Positions 7,503 to 16,721 of a stretch of DNA of 64,000 bases are shown one piece after another. Location of the stretch: the NCBI GenBank assembly GCA_963666565.1, contig OY762911.1, positions 2,240,001-2,304,000 on the forward strand, given 5' to 3'. A program made the translations under genes and the position numbers. The notes under the pieces were generated by a model that searched no databases, had not been told where the DNA came from, and was given only the letters and a program-made list of their open reading frames with translations. The DNA is from Thermoanaerobaculia bacterium. GTDB lineage: Bacteria > Acidobacteriota > Thermoanaerobaculia > Multivoradales > Multivoraceae. The first letter of the stretch is position 1. The number at the start of each line of letters is the position of its first letter.

Positions 7503-10265
7503 ATGAACCGAACGCCCATTCACCTGCTGACCCTGGCCGCGGTCCTGACGCTGCCGGCCACTGCTGGCGCCCAAGCGCCGGCCCTTCCGATCGACGAACT
7601 GATGGTGTCCCGGTCGTCGGTGATCGTCTTCGGCGAGATCCGGTCGGCCGGATTGACGTCGAGCGAGCACTCGTTCACGGACAGCCTTCTGGAAGTGGAA
7701 GACGTGTTGAAGGGTGGGGTCGCGGGCAGCCAGATTGTGGTGCGGCACCCCGGCGGCCCGGGCGAGGGGTACGCCGGGGAACGACCACTCCTGGCCGAGG
7801 GCAATCGAGTGCTGCTGTTCCTGGGTGACGAAGAGAGCGGCGCCTACTCGATCGTGGAGTATCCCCTCGGGATCTTCTGGGAGGCGCGCATGGGCCACCG
7901 ATCCTTGCTCCTGGGCTGGGGAGCAGCGGCGGGCCCCGGCGTTCCGGCGGCCACTGAGCCGGGTTCGTGGCAACGTCCGCGGGACGGCGCTCGCTTCCGC
8001 CAGTGGATCGCCGATCGGGTGGCCGGCGTCGAGCCGCCAGCCGCGCACTTCACGACCTCGACTTCCGGCACCGAAGCTCCGGTGGGATCCCCGGAGGCCA
8101 CCACCTCGCTTTGCACGCCGACATCCGACGCGTTCCAACTCGACGGAGGCTACCGGGTTCGGCTGTGCTACAGAACGCCGCAGAACGATGTCGGGCAGGG
8201 CCGATCCGGCATCTGGGCCTCCGGTCAGGCTGGCCTCTTCTGGTTCTTCAGCCGCGACAACCCCGAAGCCCTGATCAAGGTCGTGGACGGTTGCGCCTTC
8301 AACCAGCACCGATGGGTCTTCTTCGCTCCCGTTACCGACCTCGGTCTTCACCTGCAGGTATTGGGTCGGACCAAGACCTGGACGTACACGAACCCGGTCG
8401 GCAGAACAGCGCCGGCGGCGGCCGACACCGCGGCGTTCTTCTGTGCTCAGGAAGACGGCGGCCGTCCGCCGGACGGCGGCGATCCGCCGGACGACGGAAC
8501 CGACGACCCGAAGCCAGGCGAGACGTTCCGGGACAATCTTCGTTCGGGCGGTTCGGGGCCCGAACTGGTGGTGATTCCGGCTGGGACCTTCCAGATGGGC
8601 TGCTTTTCGGGCGTGACTTGCCACGACAACGAGAAGCCGGTGCATTCGGTGACGATTCCGAACGTGCTGGCGGTCGGCAAGTACGAGGTGACGTTCGCGG
8701 AATGGGACGCCTGCGTTGCGGCTGGCTCGTGCAACCATCGTCCTTCGGACAGATGGGGACGCGGATCGCATCCGGTGATGGGTGTCTCGTGGAACGACAC
8801 GAAGGACTACATGCGGTGGCTCTCGCAGGAAACGGGCGAGATCTACCGCCTGTTGAGCGAGTCGGAGTGGGAGTACGCGGCTCGCGCGGGTTCGAGGACC
8901 GCCTACTTCTGGGGAAACGAAATCGACCGTGGTCGCGCGAACTACGGCAGCTCGCGGACCGTTCCTGTCGGCTCGTTCGGTCCAAACGGATTCGGTTTGC
9001 ACGACATGCACGGGAACGTGTGGGAGTGGGCTGAGGACTGCTGGAACGACAGCTACAAGGGCGCGCCTTCAGACGGGAGCGCGTGGCTTTCGGCTGACGA
9101 TTGCTCCCTCCGCGTTTTCCGCGGCGGTTCCTGGGCCGACAGACCGGTGTATGTCCGCTCGGCGAAGCGCGGTTGGAGCCCCGCCGATCACCGAGACTTC
9201 AACATCGGCTTCCGCGTGGCCCGGATGTTCGCCAGAGGGAGCGGAAAGACGGGTCCGGACCTGGTCGTCGAGCCGCCATCGGTCGACAAGACCGAGGTGA
9301 GGCCGAACGAGGTGTTCACCATCAGGGTCAACGTCGTCAACCGGGGCAACGCGACTTCCGATGCCACCACGTTGCGGTACTACCAGTCAAGGGACCGCAC
9401 GATCGACCGCTCGGAGGACCTCGACGTTGGCACCGACCGTGTGGATTCGTTGGCTGCTGGCCGCGGCAGCACGGAGGGCGGTCCCTTGAGGGCGCCATCG
9501 ACTGCCGGCACCTACTACTTCGGCGCCTGCGTGGACTCGGTAGCGGGAGACTCGGACAGGAGCAACGACTGTTCCAGTGGGGTGCGAGTGACAGTGAGTA
9601 TGACCGGCGGCGATCCTGGATTCAACCTGGCGTCCGAGAACGCGTCGCCCAGAGGGATCACGTATGCCGGAGGCCGCTTCTTCGTGGTGGACTCCAGTGA
9701 CGAAGAGGTCTACGCCTATCGTTCAGACGGACGGCGCTACGCGAGCCTGGACTTCGACCTGCGTTCGGTCAACACGGACCCTCAGGGAATCGCCTACAAC
9801 CGGAGCGTCTTCTACGTGGTCGACGTTGGAGACGAGAAGGTGTACGCCTACCGCGACGGACGTCGGTACGCCGGCGGGGAGTTCGACCTGCATCCCGCCA
9901 ACGCATCCGCGTCGGGAATCGTGTGCGCGGCGGGTCGCTTCTACGTGGCGGACCTGAGCGACGGGAAGGTGTACGCCTATCGCGGTTCGGATGGGCGCCG
10001 AGAGACCGGCGCGGAGTTCAACTTGGCTGGCGCCAACGGATATCCGTCGGGAATCGCCTACTCCGGAAGCCGCTTCTACGTGGTGGACCGCGACGACGAC
10101 AAGGTGTACGCCTACCGCGCTTCGGACGGGAGGCGGGACTCTGGCGCGGAGTTCAAACTGGATGGCGCCAACGGCGACCCTGACGGAGTGGTCTACTACG
10201 ACGGCAAGCTCTTCGTCGTCGATTCCCGTGACGACAAGGTGTACGTTTACTCCTTGGGTGGCTAG
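7503..10265 (+). CDS. Secreted multidomain protein: N-terminal domain, GLFWFF..DGC domain, FGE/SUMF1 domain, CARDB-like Ig domain, beta-propeller repeats
   Basis: Signal peptide MNRTPIHLLTLAAVL; FGE motifs YEVTFAEWDAC, RLLSESEWEYAARAG, GLHDMHGNVWEW, RGGSW...GFRVAR; PDLVV...GTYYFGACVD; five repeats of GIAY..FYVVD..DKVYAY. Confidence 0.85.
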   Translation: MNRTPIHLLTLAAVLTLPATAGAQAPALPIDELMVSRSSVIVFGEIRSAGLTSSEHSFTDSLLEVEDVLKGGVAGSQIVVRHPGGPGEGYAGERPLLAEGNRVLLFLGDEESGAYSIVEYPLGIFWEARMGHRSLLLGWGAAAGPGVPAATEPGSWQRPRDGARFRQWIADRVAGVEPPAAHFTTSTSGTEAPVGSPEATTSLCTPTSDAFQLDGGYRVRLCYRTPQNDVGQGRSGIWASGQAGLFWFFSRDNPEALIKVVDGCAFNQHRWVFFAPVTDLGLHLQVLGRTKTWTYTNPVGRTAPAAADTAAFFCAQEDGGRPPDGGDPPDDGTDDPKPGETFRDNLRSGGSGPELVVIPAGTFQMGCFSGVTCHDNEKPVHSVTIPNVLAVGKYEVTFAEWDACVAAGSCNHRPSDRWGRGSHPVMGVSWNDTKDYMRWLSQETGEIYRLLSESEWEYAARAGSRTAYFWGNEIDRGRANYGSSRTVPVGSFGPNGFGLHDMHGNVWEWAEDCWNDSYKGAPSDGSAWLSADDCSLRVFRGGSWADRPVYVRSAKRGWSPADHRDFNIGFRVARMFARGSGKTGPDLVVEPPSVDKTEVRPNEVFTIRVNVVNRGNATSDATTLRYYQSRDRTIDRSEDLDVGTDRVDSLAAGRGSTEGGPLRAPSTAGTYYFGACVDSVAGDSDRSNDCSSGVRVTVSMTGGDPGFNLASENASPRGITYAGGRFFVVDSSDEEVYAYRSDGRRYASLDFDLRSVNTDPQGIAYNRSVFYVVDVGDEKVYAYRDGRRYAGGEFDLHPANASASGIVCAAGRFYVADLSDGKVYAYRGSDGRRETGAEFNLAGANGYPSGIAYSGSRFYVVDRDDDKVYAYRASDGRRDSGAEFKLDGANGDPDGVVYYDGKLFVVDSRDDKVYVYSLGG

Positions 10266-10445
10266 GCAGACTCTCCGCGGTCGACTGCGGTCGCCAGAGA
10301 GTTCCGTGGCGCTCCGAGGCGTTTCCGGTGCGCTTACGAGTGCAAACTGAACATGGCTGAGGAGCAGGCAATCGCAGAAGTGGAGTCCAACCTGAGTGCG
10401 TACCGCCTAGGCGATCGGCGGGGGCAGCTTCGCCCGCGAGGTCGG

Positions 10446-10604
10446 CTACCCCGGCCGACCGACTTCCGCCTGGGCCAGCTTCGCCGCCGTACGAGCACGG
10501 ATCCTCGTCTCGATCGGCGCATACCCGCTGTCGGCGCGGGCGTACTCCTCTCGAAACGCCGGATCCTCCATCAGGCGTGCCTTCAGGTCCTTCGGCTTCG
10601 TCAT
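10446..10604 (-). pseudogene. Truncated XRE-family HTH (antitoxin-like) remnant
   Basis: MTKPKDLKARLMEDPAFREEYARAD...IRARTAAKLAQAEVGR, then premature TAG inside the HTH. Confidence 0.6.
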
Positions 10605-10719
10605 GGCTCCACGTGTCCCCGGTGTGGCCAGCGTCGCCGTGTGTCGCCGTCTGTCGGCCGTCGCGTAGCGTCTCGCCAGCGTCCTCAAATCGCGCATCGT
10701 ACCCGGGCCGCATGCCGCA

Positions 10720-10790
10720 ACCGTCCTTCGTCCCGGTTGAGCGGCAGGATTCCGTCTATGTCTGTAGGCGGCGCAGTCTGCGCCGTCGAT
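10720..10790 (+). repeat. Conserved upstream region of Rpn gene (copy 1) with palindrome GGCGGCGCAG-T-CTGCGCCGTC
   Basis: Near-identical to ~16636-16706 upstream of the second Rpn gene. Confidence 0.7.
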
Positions 10791-10806
10791 CCCGCCAGCC
10801 CTCCCG

Positions 10807-11832
10807 ATGTCCGAGAAACCGAAATCGCCGAGCCAGTCGAGGCGGATCGCCCAACCCCACGACGCTCTGTTCCGGCGCGTGTTCTCCGAGCCGGCGCAGG
10901 CCGCCGCCCTGTTGCGCGAGTCCCTGCCCGCGGCCGTGCGGGACCGCTTCGACTGGAACACGCTGAGGCGCCTCCCGGACACCTTCGTCGACGAACGGCT
11001 CCGGCGGACCGAATCCGATCTCCTGTTCGAGGTCGACCAGCCGGGCGGCGAACCGCCGGCGCGGCTCTACGTGCTGATCGAGCATCAGTCCTCGCCCGAC
11101 CCGTTCATGGCGCTGCGCCTGCTGCGCTACTGCACCAGCATCCTGGAGGCGGCGGTCCGCGAGGCACCGGAGCGGAAGCGCCTTCCGCCGGTTCTGCCCG
11201 TCGTGTTCCACCAGGGGCGGCGTCCCTGGCCGTATCCGGCGTCTCTCGACGGGTTGTTGGGGGAATCGGCGCGTGAACTGCCCTGGGGGCCGCGGCTCGA
11301 CTTCCTGCTGCTGGACCAGGGCGCCGGCGGGACGTCCACGGTGGTGGGCTCGCCCCTGGGCCGGCTGGCGCAGTATCTGATGCTCGCCGTCTCGGGGCCG
11401 GAGTCCGAGCGGTCGGCGGCTCTTGAGCGGGCGGTGGAGTTGATGCGAGACTTGTGGTCGGCCGAGAGGCGGTACGACCTTGAGGTGGTCTACAGCTACG
11501 TGTTCGGCGGAAAGGAGGACCCGACCGTGATGGAGACAGTCGATGCGATGCTGAAGGAGATCGAGGCGAGGAGTCCGGACAAGCCGAAGAGCTTGGCCCA
11601 GTACGTCTGGGAGAACGGGCAGAGAAGAGGCCGGGCGGAAGGCCGCTCGGAAGGCCGTGCGGAGGGGGTCCGGCTCGGCGAACGCCGCGCCACGCTTGCG
11701 ACGGTCGAGGGCTTGCTGCGGGCGGGCGTGGACTGGCCGGTGATCAAGTCGGCGACCGGCCTCGACCGGCGCGGGTTCGACGCGCTCAAGGAGAAGCTGG
11801 GTTCCGGCCGGTCCGGACCAGCGGCGAGATAG
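10807..11832 (+). CDS. Rpn-family (YhgA/RpnC-like) PD-(D/E)XK nuclease, copy 1
   Basis: PHDALFRRVFS, DTFVDERLRRTESDLLFEV, LYVLIEHQSSPDPFMALRLLRY, LPPVLPVVFHQG; C-terminal EGRxEG repeats. Confidence 0.92.
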   Translation: MSEKPKSPSQSRRIAQPHDALFRRVFSEPAQAAALLRESLPAAVRDRFDWNTLRRLPDTFVDERLRRTESDLLFEVDQPGGEPPARLYVLIEHQSSPDPFMALRLLRYCTSILEAAVREAPERKRLPPVLPVVFHQGRRPWPYPASLDGLLGESARELPWGPRLDFLLLDQGAGGTSTVVGSPLGRLAQYLMLAVSGPESERSAALERAVELMRDLWSAERRYDLEVVYSYVFGGKEDPTVMETVDAMLKEIEARSPDKPKSLAQYVWENGQRRGRAEGRSEGRAEGVRLGERRATLATVEGLLRAGVDWPVIKSATGLDRRGFDALKEKLGSGRSGPAAR

Positions 11833-12048
11833 GCGCTACGCGGCCGCGACGTCGAGGGCCATGATACTGCGGGTTTCCTCGCTGAAATCGACGCTGATCG
11901 ACGGGAGGAACCTCCGATTGTACAGCCTTAGGTGTGGCACGGTCGGCCGTGGCGACATCGTTCGCCAGCGACTTCCGGCTGGGGACGTCTGGCTGGGTGT
12001 CCGGTGGCGGAACGCGGGCGGACGGGCCGTTGGCGCCGGGGGCGATGC

Positions 12049-12152
12049 CCTATACTCCGCGCCGTGATCCCCGTTGGCGTGGCGGGAACCCGGGCTGGTT
12101 CGCTCGCCGAACACAAGAGCCTGCCGTATCCGGCTGGCATGGGTAGCTCCCC
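12049..12152 (+). other. Conserved ~100-nt element with a -10 box (copy 2)
   Basis: TATACT 12051-12056, then GTGATCCCCGTTGGCGTGGCGGGAACC...GCCGAACACAAGAG...GGGTAGCTCCCC. Confidence 0.55.
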
Positions 12153-13191
12153 GCTGTCTTCCGGGCGACTCTCGTCGACTCGACTCGCGTCGTGCGTCGT
12201 TCTCTTTCTGGCCTTGGCGGCTACGGCTGCCGCCCAGGCGCCGGCCGCGTGGATCGACGAGTTGCTGCTGTCCCGGTCGTCGATCGTCGTCTACGGCGAG
12301 GTTCTGTCGACCAGCCGGGCGTCGTCGGGCGATCGCCCGGCCACGGACAGCCTGCTGGAAGTGGAGGATGTGCTGCACCTTCAGGTCACAGGTCCGAACG
12401 AGGAGACGTGGACATACACGAATCCGGTCGGCAGAACGGCACCGACGTCTGCCGATACCGCTGCGTTCCCCTGCGGCGGCGAGCCGGAGGAGGAGCCGCC
12501 GCCCGACGGCCCCGACATCGAGTGCGAGGACCAGAGAACGCTCGCGTTGGGCCACGAGGCCTACTTCGGAGGACGTGGAGTCGTCCGTGAATGGGACGGC
12601 GCCCCGATTCGCGTGGACATCGTGCGGAACTTCCCCGGGTTCGTGACCGACGCGGATCTCCAGGGGCTGCTCGAACCGGTCCGTCGACTCGCGGACCAGA
12701 TCGAAGCGCGGCTCGGCTATCGGATCATCGAAGTGGGCGGAGTGATCGACGTCCCGACCGGCGCGCCAGCGGGCTGGGACCGGGACTTCAATCGCTTCTT
12801 CGAGTCCTGGCGGGTCCGCGAGCGCGGGCAGGTCATCGCGTTCTACATGAACGACGACAACCCCCAGGATTGGGACGGCAGAGGCGGGTCGATCATGAGC
12901 GCTCACGCCTGTTGCGGAACCACGAGCTACAACAAGCGCGCCCTGGGCGCATGGTGGAACGACGGCGATCCGTGTTGCCAGGGAAACGCCAACGGACGCG
13001 ACGGAGCGGTGCTTGTCCACGAGTTGTTTCATCTCCTGAGTTTCAAGCACTCCTACGATCAGCTCGAACTGACCGGAGTCGAGATGTCGCGCGGCGGACT
13101 CGATCGTCCGTGGGTGACCGGTTCCCGGGTCTTCTACGCGACGAATGGCGACGTGGACAATCTCGCGTGCGTATTCCCCGAGGGGGGATGA
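12064..13191 (+). CDS. Secreted zincin-type metalloprotease-domain protein (start uncertain: 12064 or 12139)
   Basis: Signal peptide CVVLFLALAATAAAQ; N-terminus paralogous to the 7503 gene with an internal deletion; VLVHELFHLLSFKH (HExxHxxxxxH). Confidence 0.75.
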   Translation: MIPVGVAGTRAGSLAEHKSLPYPAGMGSSPLSSGRLSSTRLASCVVLFLALAATAAAQAPAAWIDELLLSRSSIVVYGEVLSTSRASSGDRPATDSLLEVEDVLHLQVTGPNEETWTYTNPVGRTAPTSADTAAFPCGGEPEEEPPPDGPDIECEDQRTLALGHEAYFGGRGVVREWDGAPIRVDIVRNFPGFVTDADLQGLLEPVRRLADQIEARLGYRIIEVGGVIDVPTGAPAGWDRDFNRFFESWRVRERGQVIAFYMNDDNPQDWDGRGGSIMSAHACCGTTSYNKRALGAWWNDGDPCCQGNANGRDGAVLVHELFHLLSFKHSYDQLELTGVEMSRGGLDRPWVTGSRVFYATNGDVDNLACVFPEGG

Positions 13192-13271
13192 AGGAGCTGA
13201 AGACGACCGTGAGCTTGAACGCAGACCTGCACTCCGGCCAAGCCTGCCGAGCCGAAGAACGGCAGCCGTGA
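13188..13271 (+). CDS. Possible 27-aa coupling ORF or RHH-like fragment
   Basis: MKELKTTVSLNADLHSGQACRAEERQP; ATGA overlap with the upstream stop and GTGA overlap with the downstream start. Confidence 0.3.
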   Translation: MKELKTTVSLNADLHSGQACRAEERQP

Positions 13272-16200
13272 GGCGCTCTCGCGTCGCGCTGGCGGTGGCT
13301 GGCGCCCTCGGCTTGGCGGGCGTCGGTTCAAGCGCCTTCGGCCAGTCGCCGCAACTCCACCCGGAACATGGGCGCGAACGCAGCCACGTTCGTCACCCGG
13401 CGCCCGCGGTTCTCGACGGTCACGTTCGACCGTTCCAACGCGCCTACGCTCGCAGCTCCACCTCGGCGTCGTCCTCCGGCAGAGTCTCCGTCACCGGGAA
13501 CGGCCAGATCCTCGTGGAACTGGCGCCGGACGAAACGACTGCCCCCAACCTGTTCGATCTCAACGGACGCACCCTGTTCTTCACGCCGGACGGCCGCGGC
13601 GGCTACTCGCGCTCGGTCCGGGCGGTCGAGTGGGAAGACGACATCGGCCCGGCGGTCGCCGACGGCGCCGAGATTTCCTTCGACGGGTTCAGCTTCGACT
13701 TTGGCGGTCGGGCGTGGACCTCGTTCTACGTGAGTTCGCGCGGCGTGCTCACCTTCGGCGAGCGGCTCAGGTACTCGCATGAGGGTCCGAATCGCGGCGA
13801 CACGATGCGGCAGATTCGCACCAAGATGGTGACGACGCCGACGATCAGCGTGCTGCACAAGCCCTTGCTCGGCGGTTTCTGGGGCGGCCATGGAAACAGG
13901 TTGCACGTGGCGAGTTCGACCGACCGGGTCGTCGTCACGTGGATCTCTCACGAGCCCGACTACTACCCGCACGGCGTCCCGCCGGAAAGGCCCACCCGCC
14001 TCCAGACGGTGCTGGCCGCCGACGGAAGCGTCCGCTTCAGCTATCGCGACGTGTCGTTCCGCGACGGGAACGTGGGCCTGTTCGCGGACGGGAGAGTGGT
14101 CAAGGGCAGGCTGATCGGACGCATCGTCGACGGCGCCGACTCCAACCTGCCCGGCCACCTCGACCTGCTGGAAGCCGCGATCTACGAATCGAACACGGAC
14201 GCGGTGATTCTCGAGTTCACGATGAGAGGCTCGATTGGGACGCCGCCCGCGGGATCGGTCTACTCGTACCGTTTCCACTTCGATACTGATCAGCCGTTCT
14301 GGACCGGGCTCGATTTCTCCGACATCGACCTGACCTGGGCGATCGACGTAACGGACACGGGAGAGCGTTGGGTGTGGGGCTCGGGCGTCGGCGGACCGAT
14401 GCAGAGCGACGGCGACAACCGCATCTCCCTGCTCGCGAATCTCGGCGAACTGCAGGGCGCTCCCTCCGCCGTTATCGGCGATGTTGCCGAGTTCGACAGT
14501 GTTTCCTGGGTCGGTGGCCAGGTGTCGCCGCCGGCGACGATCCGTATGCCGGTCATCGCCAGGACCGATTTGTCGAGATCCGATAGCCGGTCTTCCTCGC
14601 GCCAGAGCGAGATGTTTCACTATCAGGCCGTACCGGACCTGCGTTCGGTGACCTGTCGGGTCGTCGAATCCCTGGGCGACGAGTTCGACATGCTGGTGTT
14701 CCACAGCGAGTTCCGCATCGATCATCAGGAGTCCACGACGCCCTTTGTCGGGTACACGGCGAACAGTGCCGAGGGGCTTGGGCTCGATCTCTACGGGGAT
14801 CCTCCTTGCGGTAGGAGGCTCAAGGGCCGGTTTGCTTTGCCGGTCTGGATGCGGGCCAGTGCTGTGCTCGACTCGAGCCAGACGGGAGGGAGGCGTTTCG
14901 ACCACGGCCGGAGCCTGTTCGCGCACGAGTTCATTCACACCTGGACCGCCAGACTGTCGTACGTCCGCCGCGGCATGCGGGAACCGCTCTTCGGCGACTA
15001 CTGTCAGTGTCACTGGCGCGAGGAGCTTCACGCGCCAGCGGCGTTTCCGTGGCGTCCGGAGCACCCCGGACCGATGTCGATCATGGGCGGGACGCACTGG
15101 ATCGAAAACTCGAACGGTACGTTTACGCCGCAGAGAGGCTACTTCGAGGGTGGCCCTTCATGGCTCGATCTCTACGCGATGGGGCTGGCCGCCGCGAGCG
15201 AAGTGCCCGACATGTTCATCCTGAGAAACCCGGAACCCGTCAGGGAGGGGGAGTGGTGGGGACCGCATACGGGCGATCGGGAGTGGGTGTCGATCGAGCA
15301 GGTCATAGCGGCCGAGGGCCCGCGGAAGCCGTCCGCGCGGAATGCGCAGAAGAACTTCAACACGGGCTTCGTCTACCTGGTGGCGCCGGGAGAGACGCCC
15401 GACAACGAGATGCTTCGGCTGCACGCGCAGCACCGGGAAAGGTGGTCGAGCACTGGAACCACGTCACTGGCGGGAGATCCCGGATGACCGCGAACGTCAC
15501 GGGCGGTTCCGTCGATCCCGAACCCGAACCGCCTCCGGGCGACGGCGACTGCGTGGCAGGGGAGGAGACCCTGTGCCTGCAGAACGGCCGCTTCAAAGTG
15601 GAGGTCGACTGGTGGACGGCAGGCGGCGAGCCCTCCGCCGCGATCGTCGTGCCCAAGGGAACCGACGACTCGGGTCTGTTCCGTTTCTTCGACCCGACAA
15701 ACTGGGAGATGTTGATCAAGGTGCTGGACGGCTGCGGCGTGAACGAGCACGTCTGGGTCTACGGCGCTTCGACGACGGATCTCGGGTACGCGATCCGCGT
15801 GCGGGATACGGTCACCAACGCGGTCGCCAGGTACCGGAACGAAGCGGGCGAGCCGGCAAGGGCGATCACGGACAACAAGGCGTTTTCGGCGGCCTGTGGA
15901 GAAGGAAGCCTCGCCGAGGCTCTCGCGGACGGCGAGACCGGGGCGCGGTTGCCGGAGCCACATCGGAACCGCGCGCCGCTTGTCTCCGCGGCGTCGGGAT
16001 CGGCCAACTGCACGCCGAGCGGCACATCCCTGTGTCTGGCGGACGGCCGTTTCGAGGTGACCGTGGACTGGTCCACGGCGGACGGGAGGCGCGGCAGCGG
16101 CGGCGCGGTACCGGGCACGAGCAACTCCGGCCTCTTCTACTTCTTCGGAGAGGACAACTGGGAGATGCTGGTCAAGGTGTTGGACGGCTGCGGCGTGAAC

Positions 16201-16362
16201 GAGCATCACTGGGTCTACGCAGCAGCCGCCACGGACCTGGGGCTGGACATCGCGATGACGGATACGGCGACCGGCGCGGCATCGACGTACTCCAAGGAAC
16301 CTGGCGCCCCGGCGCCCGCGATCACCGCAAACGACGCGTTCGCCGGCAGTTGCCGGCCGTAG
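13268..16362 (+). CDS. Secreted nidogen-like/zinc metalloprotease with two C-terminal GLFxFF..DGC domains; apparent frameshift near 15440
   Basis: Signal peptide VRRSRVALAVAGALGLAG; LFAHEFIHTW motif; the frame of ORF 13145-15487 switches to the frame of 15007-16362 at CACCGGGAAAGGTGGTC (HRE-KVVEHW). Confidence 0.72.
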
Positions 16363-16417
16363 GAGTACTCCCAGCGCGACTCCGCTGCGCTGGCGCCAAG
16401 GGAACGGGCCCTCAGCT

Positions 16418-16450
16418 CGGTACGCGGGTCTTCTGAGCCGCTGCCGCCGG
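16418..16450 (+). repeat. REP-like palindromic repeat
   Basis: CGGTACGCGGGTCTTCTGAGCCGCTGCCGCCG, a degenerate member of the GCGGGTC-N4-GACCCGC family. Confidence 0.55.
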
Positions 16451-16721
16451 ACCGCCAGGAGATCGTGCCGGCCGCCAGGCTGGCTGTGGGCAGTTCCATG
16501 CAAGCCTGCGGCAGACGCCGGGTGGGCCGGCTTTCGGGCCCTCTGCCACGCCAGGCGGAAGCGAAAGCGGCGAGGCTGGCCTGGTGGCGCGCTCGTCGCC
16601 GGGCTTGGCGAGCCGTAGCCACGTCGAAGCGGCGCAACCGTCCCTCACCCCGGTTGCGCGGCGGGATTCCGTCTATGTCTGTAGGCGGCGCAGTCTGCGC
16701 CGTCAATGCCCAGACCTCGCG

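Noticed and set aside
9110-9230. FGE domain C-terminus as a diversity-generating retroelement target
   Set aside because: No reverse transcriptase and no template repeat differing at adenines in the window; a remote DGR cannot be excluded.
10807-11832. Rpn genes as IS elements
   Set aside because: No terminal inverted repeats or target-site duplications seen; the family is a PD-(D/E)XK nuclease historically mislabelled as transposase.
11836-11958. Short minus-strand ORF MSPRPTVPHLRLYNRRFLPSISVDFSEETRSIMALDVAAA as a toxin remnant
   Set aside because: Lower GC and protein-like, but no motif I can assign; unsupported without a search.
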